NCBI GenBank assembly: GCA_963816145.1
Contig: CAWFJP010000027.1
Location: forward strand, 1-64,000
Direction of reading: 5' to 3'
From: an uncultured delta proteobacterium
Lineage (GTDB): Bacteria > Desulfobacterota > Binatia > UBA9968
DNA length: 64,000 nucleotides
A model generated the notes under the pieces. It was not told the origin of the DNA. It was given only the letters and a program-made list of their open reading frames with translations, and did not search any database. Below are positions 8,433 to 21,138 of the stretch, one piece after another. A program made the position numbers and the translations under genes. How positions within the stretch are numbered: position 1 is the stretch's first letter; every line of letters starts with the position of its first letter.

Positions 8433-10541
8433 ATGACTAAGAAAGTCGAATTGGATTTTCATGGGCGACCCTTGTCCATCGAAGTCGGCCGTTTGGCCAA
8501 ACAGGCCGATGGCGCCGCGCTGGTTCAGTATGGCGAGACCGTCGTTCTGGTTACCGCGGTGGCGGCCAAAGAACTAAAGATGGAGGCGGACTTTTTTCCG
8601 CTGACCGTCGATTACCAGGAGAAAACCTTCGCCGCCGGCAAGATCCCTGGCGGTTTCTTCAAACGCGAAGGAAGACCGTCGGAAAAAGAAATTCTCACCT
8701 GCCGCATCATCGATCGCTCGATTCGCCCGCTGTTTGCCGATGGGCTGCGCTGCGAGACCCAGGTCATTGCAACGGTATTATCGGCCGACCGGGAAAACGA
8801 TCCCGACGTGATCGCCATGTTGGGCACGTCGGTGGCGCTGCATGTTTCGGACATTCCTTTTAACGGCCCGCTCGCCGGCATACGCATCGGCCGCATTGAT
8901 GGCCGCTTCGTGATGAATCCGACGCAATCGCAATTGGCCGATAGCGACATGGATATTTTTCTCTCCGGTAGTAAAGACGCCATCGTCATGGTCGAGGGCG
9001 GCGCCCAGATCGTGCCGGAAGAGGAGATTCTCGAAGCGCTGTTCGCCGGCCACGACGCGATCCAACCGTTGCTGCAAATCCAAGAAGAGATTCGCCAGGC
9101 GCTGGGCAAACCCAAGCGCCATGTGCCATTGGCCGAGCTGAACCACGCTGTGAGTAAGTGGGTCGAAGAGCTAGCCTTGGCCAAGCTGCAACAGGCGCTG
9201 GAAATTCCCGAAAAGCTCGAGCGCTACAAACGCCTCGCCGAAGTGAAGAGCGAAGTGGTGCCGGCGGCCTTGGCCGAATTTCCCGACAAACAAAAAGATA
9301 TCAAGGCTGCTTTTGAAGAGCTCAAGAAAAATGTTTTCCGCGGTTTGGTGATTCACAAGGAGCGGCGCATCGACGGCCGCGGCTTGAGGGACATCCGGCC
9401 GATCACCTGCGAAGTCGAGGCGCTGCCGCGCACGCATGGATCGGCGATCTTTACCCGCGGGGAAACCCAGGCGCTGGTTGTCACCACGCTGGGCACCGCG
9501 TCCGATGAGCAGCGGGTCGATGCTCTGATCGGCGAGCACTTCAAGAAATTCATGCTGCATTACAACTTCCCGCCGTTTAGCGTCGGCGAAGTGAAATTTC
9601 TCCGCGGTCCCGGCCGGCGCGAGATCGGCCATGGCAATCTCGCCGAGCGAGCGCTGTTGCCCGTGCTGCCGGTCGATGAAAGCTTTCCCTATACCATTCG
9701 CATTGTTTCCGAAATTCTCGAATCCAATGGTTCAACTTCGATGGCGAGCGTGTGCGGCGGTTCGTTATCGATGATGGACGCCGGCGTGCCGTTGACCGCG
9801 CCGGTGGCAGGGATCGCCATGGGCTTGATCAAGGAAGGCGAGCATGTGCGCGTGCTTTCCGACATTCTTGGCGACGAAGATCACTTGGGTGATATGGATT
9901 TCAAGGTTGCCGGCACGGCCGAAGGCGTGACCTCGCTGCAGATGGACATCAAGATCAGCGGCGTCAATCGCGACATCATGGGCCAAGCGCTGCATCAGGC
10001 CAAAGAAGGCCGCATGCATATCCTCGGCATCATGAACCAGACTCTGTCGTCGGGGCGGACCAACGTGTCCGGCCATGCGCCGCGCATCATTACCATCCAC
10101 GTCAAGCCGGACAAGATTCGTGAAATCATCGGCCCCGGCGGCAAAGTCATCCGCGGCATCATCGAGGCTACCGGAGTCAAGATGGATGTCGAAGACGACG
10201 GTTCGGTGACGATCGCCTCGTCGGATGAAGCCGCGGCGCGCAAAGCCATCGAAATGGTCCAGCGCATCGCCGCCGAAGCGGAGATCGGCAAGATCTACAA
10301 AGGCACCGTGCGCAAGATCGTCGAATTCGGCGCTTTCGTCGAGATTCTCCCCGGCACCGATGGCCTGGTGCATATATCCCAGCTCGCTCCCGAGCGCGTG
10401 CGCAAAGTCAGCGACGTGCTCAAAGAAGGCGACGAGGTGATGGTTAAAGTCCTGGAGATCGACCGGCAGGGTAAGATTCGCCTAAGCCGCAAGGAAGCCC
10501 TCGAAGAAATGGCCGGCGGCTCCGACGCGGCGCCGCAGTAG
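8433..10541 (+). CDS. pnp: Polyribonucleotide nucleotidyltransferase
   Basis: [35 protein letters not shown] and S1 domains; follows rpsO. Confidence 0.99.
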   Translation: MTKKVELDFHGRPLSIEVGRLAKQADGAALVQYGETVVLVTAVAAKELKMEADFFPLTVDYQEKTFAAGKIPGGFFKREGRPSEKEILTCRIIDRSIRPLFADGLRCETQVIATVLSADRENDPDVIAMLGTSVALHVSDIPFNGPLAGIRIGRIDGRFVMNPTQSQLADSDMDIFLSGSKDAIVMVEGGAQIVPEEEILEALFAGHDAIQPLLQIQEEIRQALGKPKRHVPLAELNHAVSKWVEELALAKLQQALEIPEKLERYKRLAEVKSEVVPAALAEFPDKQKDIKAAFEELKKNVFRGLVIHKERRIDGRGLRDIRPITCEVEALPRTHGSAIFTRGETQALVVTTLGTASDEQRVDALIGEHFKKFMLHYNFPPFSVGEVKFLRGPGRREIGHGNLAERALLPVLPVDESFPYTIRIVSEILESNGSTSMASVCGGSLSMMDAGVPLTAPVAGIAMGLIKEGEHVRVLSDILGDEDHLGDMDFKVAGTAEGVTSLQMDIKISGVNRDIMGQALHQAKEGRMHILGIMNQTLSSGRTNVSGHAPRIITIHVKPDKIREIIGPGGKVIRGIIEATGVKMDVEDDGSVTIASSDEAAARKAIEMVQRIAAEAEIGKIYKGTVRKIVEFGAFVEILPGTDGLVHISQLAPERVRKVSDVLKEGDEVMVKVLEIDRQGKIRLSRKEALEEMAGGSDAAPQ

Positions 10542-10555
10542 GGTTTATTACTGCC

Positions 10556-11830
10556 ATGTTCGCCAAGACGGTTCTGGACAACGGCATCCGCGTGGTCTCG
10601 CACGAGATGCAGGATCATCGTTCGGTGAGTCTCGGCATTTGGGTCGAGAACGGCTCGCGCCATGAAAGCGACGCCGAGAACGGCATTTCCCACTTCATCG
10701 AGCATCTGCTCTTCAAGGGCACCGAGCGGCGCACCGCGGCGCAGATCGCCGAGGAGATGGACGCCGTCGGCGGCGTGATCAACGCCTTTACATCCAAAGA
10801 ACATACCTGTTACTACGCCAAGGTTCTCGACGAGAATCTGCCGCTGGCGATCGATCTGCTCAGCGATATTTTCCTCCACTCGAGTTTCGATGCCGAGGAG
10901 ATCGAGCGCGAGCGCTCGGTGATCCTGCAGGAGATTTCCCAGGCGGAAGATACCCCGGACGATTACGTCCACGATCTTTTCAGTATCGATTTTTTCAAGG
11001 ATCATCCGATCGCCCGGCCGATTTGCGGCCGTGAAGCGACGGTCAATAGTTTCCAGCGCGAAGATTTTGTAAAATTTTTCAAAGCGCGTTACCAGCCGCG
11101 CCGGGTGACGGTGGCGGCGGCGGGCAAGATCTCCCACGCCGAGCTGGTCACGGAAATGGCCGCCAGGCTTGGCCAGGTGTGCGACCGCGGCACCGCGCAG
11201 GTCGGCATGCTCGAGGGCGAGCGCAAGCCCGAAATGGGCAGCGGCGTGTATCCCCATTCGAAAGAGTTGGAGCAGGTCCATCTGTGCTTGGGGATGGCCG
11301 GCATTGCCCAGGCCGACCCGCAACGCTATCCAGCCTACGTGCTCAACACGCTGCTCGGCGGCGGCATGAGTTCGCGCCTGTTCCAAGAGATTCGCGAGAA
11401 GCGCGGCAAAGCCTATTCGGTCTACTCGTTTTCCTCGGCCTACAACGATGTCGGCTATTTGGGTGTTTACGCTGGCACCAGCATCGATGCCACGGAAGAG
11501 GTCGTCGAGCTCATCCTCGCCGAGCTCAACAAGCTGGCCACGGTCGGCATCACCGACGACGAGCTACGCCGGACTCAAGGCCAGCTGGTGGGCAGCATGA
11601 TGTTGGGACTGGAATCCACCGATTCGTGGATGAGCCATGTGGCGCGCAATGAAATTTATTTCGGCAAGATAGTGTCGACCGATGAGATTTGCCGGAGCAT
11701 CCGCGCGGTGACGCGCGACGATGTGGTTGCCTTAGCGAACCGCCTGTTTCGTCCCGAAGCGATGACTCTGACCGCGCTCGGCGATTTCAAAGACGAGTTC
11801 AAAATTAAAAGCCTCGCGGCGAGCCATTAG
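10556..11830 (+). CDS. M16 family zinc peptidase
   Basis: HFIEH (HxxEH), NAFTSKE, LGGGMSSRLFQEIRE; usual position downstream of pnp. Confidence 0.95.
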   Translation: MFAKTVLDNGIRVVSHEMQDHRSVSLGIWVENGSRHESDAENGISHFIEHLLFKGTERRTAAQIAEEMDAVGGVINAFTSKEHTCYYAKVLDENLPLAIDLLSDIFLHSSFDAEEIERERSVILQEISQAEDTPDDYVHDLFSIDFFKDHPIARPICGREATVNSFQREDFVKFFKARYQPRRVTVAAAGKISHAELVTEMAARLGQVCDRGTAQVGMLEGERKPEMGSGVYPHSKELEQVHLCLGMAGIAQADPQRYPAYVLNTLLGGGMSSRLFQEIREKRGKAYSVYSFSSAYNDVGYLGVYAGTSIDATEEVVELILAELNKLATVGITDDELRRTQGQLVGSMMLGLESTDSWMSHVARNEIYFGKIVSTDEICRSIRAVTRDDVVALANRLFRPEAMTLTALGDFKDEFKIKSLAASH

Positions 11831-11867
11831 CGCTCGACGCTTTCTTAAACAATAAATCGGTTGGTTC

Positions 11868-12323
11868 GTGGAACAGATTCGCATTCAAATCAAGCGGGTG
11901 CGGCCGGGTGATCGCGCTTCGGAGCTGCCCGGCTACATGACCGAGGGCGCCGCCGGCATGGATCTGTGCGCCGATATCGCGGCCAATATGATCCTGGCGC
12001 CGATGGCTCGGGCGCTGATCCCCACCGGTATCGCCATCGCCTTGCCGATGGGCTTCGAAGCGCAGATCCGGCCGCGCAGCGGATTGGCGTTGAAGCAAGG
12101 CTTCACCATGGTCAACAGTCCGGGCACCATCGACGCCGACTATCGCGGCGAGATTCAGGTGATTGCGATCAATCTGGGCGGCGAACCGATCGTCATCGAA
12201 CCGGGCCAGCGAATCGCCCAGATGGTGGTGCAGCGCGTCGTCCGCGCCGAATGGCAGGAAGTCAGCGAGTTGCCGTCGTCACAACGGCAAGCGGGCGGCT
12301 TCGGACATACCGATAAAAAGTAG
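11868..12323 (+). CDS. dut: dUTP diphosphatase
   Basis: [33 protein letters not shown]. Confidence 0.97.
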   Translation: MEQIRIQIKRVRPGDRASELPGYMTEGAAGMDLCADIAANMILAPMARALIPTGIAIALPMGFEAQIRPRSGLALKQGFTMVNSPGTIDADYRGEIQVIAINLGGEPIVIEPGQRIAQMVVQRVVRAEWQEVSELPSSQRQAGGFGHTDKK

Positions 12324-12375
12324 TTCAAAGGTTCAAGAGCCTGCCCTGAGTACGTCGAAGGGTTCAAAAATTCAA
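12324..12375. repeat. GTTCAA short tandem repeat with a nested GAGCCTGCCCTGAG..GTCGAAGG palindrome
   Basis: GTTCAAAGGTTCAA[GAGCCTGCCCTGAGTACGTCGAAGG]GTTCAAAAATTCAA. Confidence 0.55.
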
Positions 12376-12452
12376 GGCCGGATTACCTTCGATCGGCAAC
12401 TTTCCTGCTTCAATGCTTGGACTTTTATAAAATTGAAAGGCATTTTAGCAGT

Positions 12453-13745
12453 ATGATTTCCCGTTACACGCGGCCGGAGATGGGGCGGATCTGGTCCGAA
12501 GAAAATGGTTTTCAAAAATGGCTCGAGGTGGAAATCCTCGCCGCTGAAGGCTTGGCGCGGTTAGGCAAGGTTCCCAAAGCGGCGATTACACGCATTCGCA
12601 GAAAGGCGCGCTTCAACGTCAAGCGCATTCGCGAGATCGAGGCTGAGGTCAAGCATGAGATCATCGCTTTCTTGAGCAGTGTCGCCGAGTCCATCGGCGA
12701 CGACGCGCGCTATCTCCATGTCGGCATGACTTCGTCGGATGTCATGGACACGGCGTTGGCGCTGCAATTCAAAGACGCCTCGGCGATCCTCGAAGACGAC
12801 ATCAAAAACCTCATGAAGGCGCTGCGCCAGCAGGCGCGCAAGTATAAGTGGACGGTGCAGATCGGCCGCACCCATGGCGTCCATGCCGAACCGATCACCT
12901 TCGGACTTAAGCTGGCGCTCTGGTATCAAGAGATGGCGCGCCATCTGGTGCGCTTTCGCGCGGCGGTGGACGACATCTGCGTCGGCCAGATCTCCGGCGC
13001 GGTCGGCACCTTCGCGCAGATCTCGCCCAAGGTCGAAGCCTATGTCTGCCGCAAAGCCGGATTGAAGCCGGCGCTGGTGTCCAATCAGATCATCCAGCGC
13101 GACCGGCATGCGTATTATTTTGCGACGCTGGCGATCATCGCCTGTTCCCTGGAGAAATTCGCCGTTGAAATTCGTCACTTGCAGCGCACCGAAGTGCAAG
13201 AAGCGGAGGAGCCGTTTACCCAGGGCCAAAAGGGCTCCTCGGCGATGCCGCATAAGCGCAATCCGATTCTCTCCGAAAACGTTTCCGGCCTGGCGCGGCT
13301 CATGCGTTCCTATGCTCTGGCCGCCATGGAGAACGTGCCGCTCTGGCATGAGCGCGATATCAGCCATTCATCCGTCGAGCGGGTGATCGCGCCGGACGCG
13401 ACCATCGCGCTCGACTTCATGCTCCGGCGCATGACCTACGTGCTCGGCAATTTGTGCGTCTATCCGGAAAACATGCGGCGCAATCTCGACAAGAGCGGCG
13501 GCACGGTGTTCTCGGAAAAAGTTCTGCTCGCTTTGGTCGGCAAAGGCATTGCACGCGATGCTGCTTATCGCATGGTGCAGCGACATGCGCTCAAGGTCGG
13601 CCGCGAAGGCGGCGACATGAAGCGCGAGCTGTTGGGTGACCCCGAGATTCGCCGCTCTCTATCGCCCAAGGAGATCGAAGCGATCTGGGGCGTGAAGCAC
13701 CATTTAACCAATATCGATTTTATCTTCCGCCGGGCGTTGCAATGA
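12453..13745 (+). CDS. purB: Adenylosuccinate lyase
   Basis: MISRYTRPEM start, GRTHGVHAEP, GSSAMPHKRNP, WHERDISHSS. Confidence 0.98.
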   Translation: MISRYTRPEMGRIWSEENGFQKWLEVEILAAEGLARLGKVPKAAITRIRRKARFNVKRIREIEAEVKHEIIAFLSSVAESIGDDARYLHVGMTSSDVMDTALALQFKDASAILEDDIKNLMKALRQQARKYKWTVQIGRTHGVHAEPITFGLKLALWYQEMARHLVRFRAAVDDICVGQISGAVGTFAQISPKVEAYVCRKAGLKPALVSNQIIQRDRHAYYFATLAIIACSLEKFAVEIRHLQRTEVQEAEEPFTQGQKGSSAMPHKRNPILSENVSGLARLMRSYALAAMENVPLWHERDISHSSVERVIAPDATIALDFMLRRMTYVLGNLCVYPENMRRNLDKSGGTVFSEKVLLALVGKGIARDAAYRMVQRHALKVGREGGDMKRELLGDPEIRRSLSPKEIEAIWGVKHHLTNIDFIFRRALQ

Positions 13746-13771
13746 TTTTATTTCGCTGAAAGTTGACCATC

Positions 13772-14014
13772 ATGCGCGTAAAAATTTTCGTTTCGCTAAA
13801 AAAGGGCGTCCTTGATCCCCAGGGCAAGGCCATCGAACGGTCGCTGCACACGCTGGGTTACAACGAGGTGCAGGACGTGCGCATGGGCAAGTATTTGGAG
13901 ATCGAGATGGAGTCAGCGTCGCGCCAGAACGCGGAGCTGCGGGTGCGCGAGATGTGCGACAAGTTATTGACCAACACGGTGATCGAAGATTACCGCTTCG
14001 AGATTCAAGAGTAA
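13772..14014 (+). CDS. purS: FGAM synthase subunit PurS
   Basis: LKKGVLDPQGKAI, MCDKLLTNTVIEDY. Confidence 0.96.
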   Translation: MRVKIFVSLKKGVLDPQGKAIERSLHTLGYNEVQDVRMGKYLEIEMESASRQNAELRVREMCDKLLTNTVIEDYRFEIQE

Positions 14015-14155
14015 CTGCTACTGTGCAGAAATCGGGAGTCAGAATCCTGAATCCAGAAGTCAGAAGGATAGAATTATAACGAGGGTCGATGTGCTGGAGA
14101 AGCTCTGTCTCTGTCATTCTCCATTATCAATTTTCCATTATCCATTGAGTTATTC

Positions 14156-14855
14156 ATGCGTTGGGGTGTGATTACTTTTCCCGGTTCCTGCGACGATCAA
14201 GATGTCGTCGACGCGCTAAAGTTCGACTTGAAGCAAAGCGTCGAGCAGCTCTGGCACAAGGACGAGCTCATCGGCGATTTCGATTGTCTGGTGTTGCCCG
14301 GCGGCTTTTCTTACGGCGACTACCTGCGCTGCGGCGCCATGGCGCGCTTTTCGCCGATCATGCGCGGCGTCGTCGATTTCGCCCGGCACGGCGGTTTGGT
14401 CTTGGGCATCTGCAATGGTTTTCAGATACTTTGCGAAGTGGGCTTGCTGCCCGGCGCGCTGGTGCGCAACGCCGGGCTTCAGTTTGTTTGCCAGCCGGTG
14501 CATCTGCGCGTCGAGGAAACCGACTCGCCGTTTACGGGTAATTTGAAAAAGGGCCAGCTTTTGAAAGTTCCCATCAAGCATGGCGAAGGGTGCTACTTCG
14601 CCGATGCCGCGACCCTGGAGCGCATGCACAAAAATCGCCAGATTCTTTTGCGCTATGTCGACGCCAAGGGCAAAGCCACGCCGGCGGCCAACCCCAACGG
14701 CTCGTTGGAAAATATCGCCGGGGTTTGCAACGAAGGGCGCAACGTCTTTGGCTTGATGCCTCATCCGGAAGATGCCTGTAATAAATTACTCGGCAGCGAC
14801 GATGGCGCGAAGCTATTCTTATCGATCACCGCGGCCGTGGCCGAAGGGGTGAAGC

Positions 14856-14866
<11 letters not shown>
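14156..14866 (+). CDS. purQ: FGAM synthase glutaminase subunit PurQ
   Basis: [31 protein letters not shown]. Confidence 0.98.
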
Positions 14867-17093
<2,227 letters not shown>

Positions 17094-17155
17094 CTTCGTA
17101 CGAGAGTTCAATCGTTCAAGGTTCACTCGGATAGGGCGGATCGCTAGATTTAACG

Positions 17156-18580
17156 ATGTCCGACAAATTCCATGAAGAGTGCGCGGTCATGGGCATCTAT
17201 GGCCATCCCGAGGCGGCCAACATGGTTTACTTGGGACTTTACGCGCTGCAACATCGCGGCCAGGAATCTTGCGGCATCGTTACCTCCGACGGCAAGGGGC
17301 TGATCTCCCATCGCCAGATGGGTTTGGTCGCCGACGCCTTCAAAGAAGAAGTCATCAAGCGGCTCGAAGGGCAAAATGCCATCGGCCACAATCGCTACTC
17401 GACCCAAGGCCAGAGCCATCTCAAAAACGCCCAACCCTTCGTCGTCGAATATTCGCAGGGGCCGATCGCGATCTCGCACAACGGCAATCTGGTCAACGGC
17501 ACGCTGCTGCGCAACGAGCTCGAGCAGGCCGGTTCGATCTTCCAATCGACATCGGACACCGAAGTCATCATTCATCTGATCGCGACTTCGAGGGAGCCGA
17601 CGTTGATGGGAAGAATCGTCGAAGCCCTGAGCCGCTGCCGCGGCGCTTATTCGCTGCTCTTCTTGACCCTCGATAAATTGATCGCGGCGCGCGATCCCTT
17701 TGGCTTTCGGCCGTTGGTGTTGGGCCGCTTTCCTGAGGGCAAGAATCGCGGTGCCTATGTGTTCGCTTCCGAGACCTGCGCTTTGGATTTGATCGAAGCG
17801 GAGTATGTGCGCGATGTCGAGCCCGGCGAGATTGTGACGATCGGTCCCGATGGCGTCGAGTCCCTCAAACCGTTTCCGCCGGTGCCTCACGCCAAGTGCA
17901 TTTTCGAATATATTTACTTCGCCCGACCGGACAGCAAACTGTTTGGCCACAATGTCTACCAAGTGCGCAAATCGCTGGGGCGCCAGTTGGCGCGGGAGAG
18001 CGGCGTTAAGGCGGATATGGTTACGCCGGTGCCCGACTCCGGCGTGCCGGCGGCGATGGGCTTCGCCGAAGAATCGAAAATTCCCCTCGAGTTCGGCCTG
18101 ATCCGTAATCATTATGTCGGCCGCACTTTCATCGAACCGCAGCAGACCATCCGCAACTTCGGCGTCAAGATCAAACTCAACGCCCAGCGCGATGTCTTGC
18201 AGGGCAAGCGCGTCATCGTCGTCGACGATTCGATCGTGCGCGGCACCACCAGCCGCAAGATCATCCGCATGCTGCGCGACGCCGGCGCCCGCGAAGTGCA
18301 TCTGCGCATCAGCTCGCCGGCGACTACCGGTCCCTGCTACTACGGCATCGACACACCGACCCGCGGCGAATTGATCGCGTCGGCCAATTCCGTCGAAGAG
18401 ATCCGCCGCTTCGTCGAAGCCGATACCCTGGCCTATCTTTCCAACGACGGCATGTACACTTATTTCAACGGTGAGAAGAAAGGCTTTTGCGACGCCTGCT
18501 TTACCGGCAACTACCCTGTCCACTTCGAAGACGAAGGCCACATCAAACAGCTCCATCTATTCGACGCGCTGAACCGTTAG
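17156..18580 (+). CDS. purF: Amidophosphoribosyltransferase
   Basis: EE-C nucleophile after a short propeptide, [29 protein letters not shown]. Confidence 0.98.
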   Translation: MSDKFHEECAVMGIYGHPEAANMVYLGLYALQHRGQESCGIVTSDGKGLISHRQMGLVADAFKEEVIKRLEGQNAIGHNRYSTQGQSHLKNAQPFVVEYSQGPIAISHNGNLVNGTLLRNELEQAGSIFQSTSDTEVIIHLIATSREPTLMGRIVEALSRCRGAYSLLFLTLDKLIAARDPFGFRPLVLGRFPEGKNRGAYVFASETCALDLIEAEYVRDVEPGEIVTIGPDGVESLKPFPPVPHAKCIFEYIYFARPDSKLFGHNVYQVRKSLGRQLARESGVKADMVTPVPDSGVPAAMGFAEESKIPLEFGLIRNHYVGRTFIEPQQTIRNFGVKIKLNAQRDVLQGKRVIVVDDSIVRGTTSRKIIRMLRDAGAREVHLRISSPATTGPCYYGIDTPTRGELIASANSVEEIRRFVEADTLAYLSNDGMYTYFNGEKKGFCDACFTGNYPVHFEDEGHIKQLHLFDALNR

Positions 18581-18605
18581 CGCGAAGATCTTGTTCACCA
18601 CGAAG

Positions 18606-18807
18606 TGTCCATGAGGTGACACTCGTCTAAAGAATTTGAAATTGCAGCCCAACCAGCACCACAGGGTTGCTCTCTTGATTCGTCATGCCGGCGAAGGCCG
18701 GCATCCAGGCGACGGAGGGGGGATGGATACCGGCTTTCGCCGGTATGACGGAAGCCTCATGCCAATACGTCGCCCAGATCGTACCTGCACATGCATTTTC
18801 TAAGGAG
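18606..18807. mobile_element. 202-bp IS110-like non-autonomous element (copy 1) inserted in a CACGAAG repeat
   Basis: Homologous to 26400-26589 and 29113-29312; splits CACCACGAAG|ACACGAAG; AG at both junctions; internal GTCAT doublet. Confidence 0.7.
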
Positions 18808-18882
18808 ACACGAAGCTCGGAGAAGTCATTATCGTAAATCTTCGTGTCCTTCGCGGTGAGAATTGAATTCTTCCCTGAAAAT

Positions 18883-18926
18883 ACCAAGGCCAAGAACGCC
18901 GCCTCTGCGGTGTTCTTGGCCTTGGT
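18883..18926. terminator. 20-bp-stem hairpin between convergent purF and SWIB genes, probable terminator
   Basis: ACCAAGGCCAAGAACGCCGC-CTCT-GCGGTGTTCTTGGCCTTGGT (one non-Watson-Crick pair). Confidence 0.6.
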
Positions 18927-18946
18927 CACTCGCAGGCGAGTAAAAG

Positions 18947-19234
18947 TTATTTTACGTGTTTGCTGACCAACTTGGTCATCTCGAACATGGTGACGGTTTT
19001 TTTGCCGCCGAAGACATCCTTCAACGCATCGTCGGCGTTGATGTTGGTTCTCTTCTTTTTGTCTTGCAAGCCGTTCTTCTTGATATACGCCCACAGCTTC
19101 TTGGTCACCTCGGTGCGCGGGATCGGTTTGCTGCCAACCACCAGGGCGAGCTTGGCGTCCGGCTGGACCGGTTTCATGAACGCCGCGTTGGGCTTTCTTT
19201 TCTTCTTCGCTGCTTTCTTTTTTGCTGCTGCCAT
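18947..19234 (-). CDS. Stand-alone SWIB/MDM2 domain protein
   Basis: RBS GGAGGA; NAAFMKPVQP..LA.VVG.KP.PRTEVTKKLWAYIKKNGLQD...MFEMTKLVSKH. Confidence 0.92.
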   Translation of the reverse strand: MAAAKKKAAKKKRKPNAAFMKPVQPDAKLALVVGSKPIPRTEVTKKLWAYIKKNGLQDKKKRTNINADDALKDVFGGKKTVTMFEMTKLVSKHVK

Positions 19235-19307
19235 TTTGTTTTCCTCCTTCAGGAAAATAATTAATTTCGTAGAGGTATAGCAGAGGAGCCCCGTATTTGC
19301 CAACGAA

Positions 19308-21041
19308 TTATTCAGTTTTTCCTCGTAAACGGGCGGTTTCTCCCTCGTGAAGGCAGGGCTCGCCGTCGAACATCTCGGCGGCGACGCCGTAGTCGGATTG
19401 GGCGCGGGCGACGGAAACATACCCCTGGCGCAAATCTTCGAGGACTTTTTCCACCGGCCGGTTTAAGGGATTGCCCAGGCCGCCGCCGCCGGGACGCTCG
19501 ACGCGGATGGTATCGTTGTGTCCGAGCCGGTGATCGCCGAAACGAGATGGGAGACGCTGTGCTGTGTTTGACTCGGGATTGATCAAGCAGGCACCTTTGC
19601 CGCCGGGCAGGCCGGCGCTGCTGCCGAAGGGTTCGATGGCGTGTTTGTCGGTGCGCATCGAGAAGCGCACGTCGTCGGCGAGTATTCGATACTCACGGAC
19701 AAAGCCCAAGCCGCCGCGCCACTCGCCGGCGCCGCCGGAGTCGGCGAGCATTTCGAAGCGCTCGACCCGGGTGGGAAACTCGGACTCGATGATCTCGATG
19801 GGGGCGGTTCTGCAGTTGCTCAGATGGAACGCGGTGGCCGACACGCCGTCCTTGCCGGCGCGGGCGCCGGTACCGCCACTGAAAATTTCGTAATGGACAT
19901 AGGCGCGGTTGCTCTGCGCGTCGCGGCCGCCGAGGACCAAGGCGGCGCTGCCGGAACCGCCGGCGATGCGCCGTTCGGGAACGAAGTGCGCCAGGGCACG
20001 CAGGATCGCTTCGGCGGCGGCCAGCGCCGTCGGCATATAAGTATTGACCGCGGCGGGAAAGCGCGGATCGACGACGCTGCCTTCGCGAAAGGTCGCGTCG
20101 ATGCAGCGGGCGAGGCCCTGGTTGATCGGCAGGAAACGATCGACCAAGGCGACCAGACAATAGGCGCAGGCGGCGCGCACTAGCGGCGGGCGGATGTTCG
20201 CCGGCCCCTGAGTCTGATCGCTCGATTCGCTGAAATCGAAGTGGAGCCGGTCGCCGGTCTTTTTCACTCTTACATGGATGCGAATCGGCTGGCTGAGATC
20301 GATGCCATCGTGGTCGACGAAGCTTTCGCCCTCGGACTCGCCGTCGGGCCAGGAGGCGATCGCCTGGCGCACACGGTTCTCGGTGTGGGCGGAGAGCAGC
20401 TCGGTGGACGCCAATATGACATCCTTGCCGTAGCGCTCCATCAGTTCGCTAATGCGCCGCTCGCCCAGCCGCGCCGCGCCGACCTGGCCGCGCAGGTCGC
20501 CGAGCACCAAGGCCGGGGTGCGGCTGTTGGCCGCGATCATGGCGTCGATCTCTTTGACCGGCTGGAGGCGCGCCATGAATTTTACCGGCGGCAGATGCAA
20601 GCCTTCCTGATAGATTTCCCGGGCGGTGCCGCTGCCGCTGCCGGGTACGGTGCCGCCGATGTCGCTCTTGTGCGCCATGTTGGCGGCGAAGCCGACCCAG
20701 TCACCGCGAAAAAAAATCGGCGTGAACACGCCCATGTCAGGCGCGTGCGGGCTGCCGCCGAGATAGGGATGGTTGGTGATGAAAGCGTCGCCGTCGTTGA
20801 TTTCGTCATTGGAAAAAGTTTTCAAAATCGCCGCGGCGCAGGCCGGGAAGGCGCCCATGTGAAGCGGCAAGACGACATGCTGGGCGATCACTTCGCCGCG
20901 GGCATTCAACACCGCGCAGCTGGCGTCCTGGGATTCTCTGATGATCGTCGAGTAGCCGGTGCGAAAGAGCGAATTCTGCATCTCCTGGACGATGCCGGCC
21001 AGGCGCGCTTGGATGACTTGCAGGGTGATGGGATCGACCAT
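19308..21041 (-). CDS. Hydantoinase B/oxoprolinase family protein (copy 2)
   Basis: DPITLQVI, RTGYSTIIRESQD, NHPYLGGSPHAPD, DSGGAGEWRGG, PGGGGLGNP. Confidence 0.95.
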   Translation of the reverse strand: MVDPITLQVIQARLAGIVQEMQNSLFRTGYSTIIRESQDASCAVLNARGEVIAQHVVLPLHMGAFPACAAAILKTFSNDEINDGDAFITNHPYLGGSPHAPDMGVFTPIFFRGDWVGFAANMAHKSDIGGTVPGSGSGTAREIYQEGLHLPPVKFMARLQPVKEIDAMIAANSRTPALVLGDLRGQVGAARLGERRISELMERYGKDVILASTELLSAHTENRVRQAIASWPDGESEGESFVDHDGIDLSQPIRIHVRVKKTGDRLHFDFSESSDQTQGPANIRPPLVRAACAYCLVALVDRFLPINQGLARCIDATFREGSVVDPRFPAAVNTYMPTALAAAEAILRALAHFVPERRIAGGSGSAALVLGGRDAQSNRAYVHYEIFSGGTGARAGKDGVSATAFHLSNCRTAPIEIIESEFPTRVERFEMLADSGGAGEWRGGLGFVREYRILADDVRFSMRTDKHAIEPFGSSAGLPGGKGACLINPESNTAQRLPSRFGDHRLGHNDTIRVERPGGGGLGNPLNRPVEKVLEDLRQGYVSVARAQSDYGVAAEMFDGEPCLHEGETARLRGKTE

Positions 21042-21045
21042 GGGT

Positions 21046-21138
21046 TAGGCAATAGGCACTAGGCAACAGGCAATAGTAGGAAAAGGACAACGCATAGATC
21101 GGATCTTTCTGTTGCCTATTGCCTATTGCCTAGTGCCT
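21046..21138. repeat. Inverted heptamer (AGGCAAT)n repeat
   Basis: TAGGCAATAGGCACTAGGCAACAGGCAATAG ... TGTTGCCTATTGCCTATTGCCTAGTGCCT. Confidence 0.85.

Noticed and set aside
17150-18556. Long antisense ORFs (e.g. 17150-18556, 30953-32254, 21641-22888, 10295-11386, 25028-26488)
   Set aside because: Shadows of well-supported genes on the opposite strand in GC-rich DNA; no family motifs.
18606-18807. Sigma70 promoter formed at the circle junction of the IS110-like element
   Set aside because: The -35-like (TRGACG) and -10-like (TAYGAT) hexamers would be ~40 nt apart, too far.
18627-19094. ORFs ending in VIPAKAGI/WMPAFAGMT, HHEGHE or ERLERLE peptides (also 26406-26784, 29049-29378, 44743-44988)
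   Set aside because: Translations of intergenic repeats.
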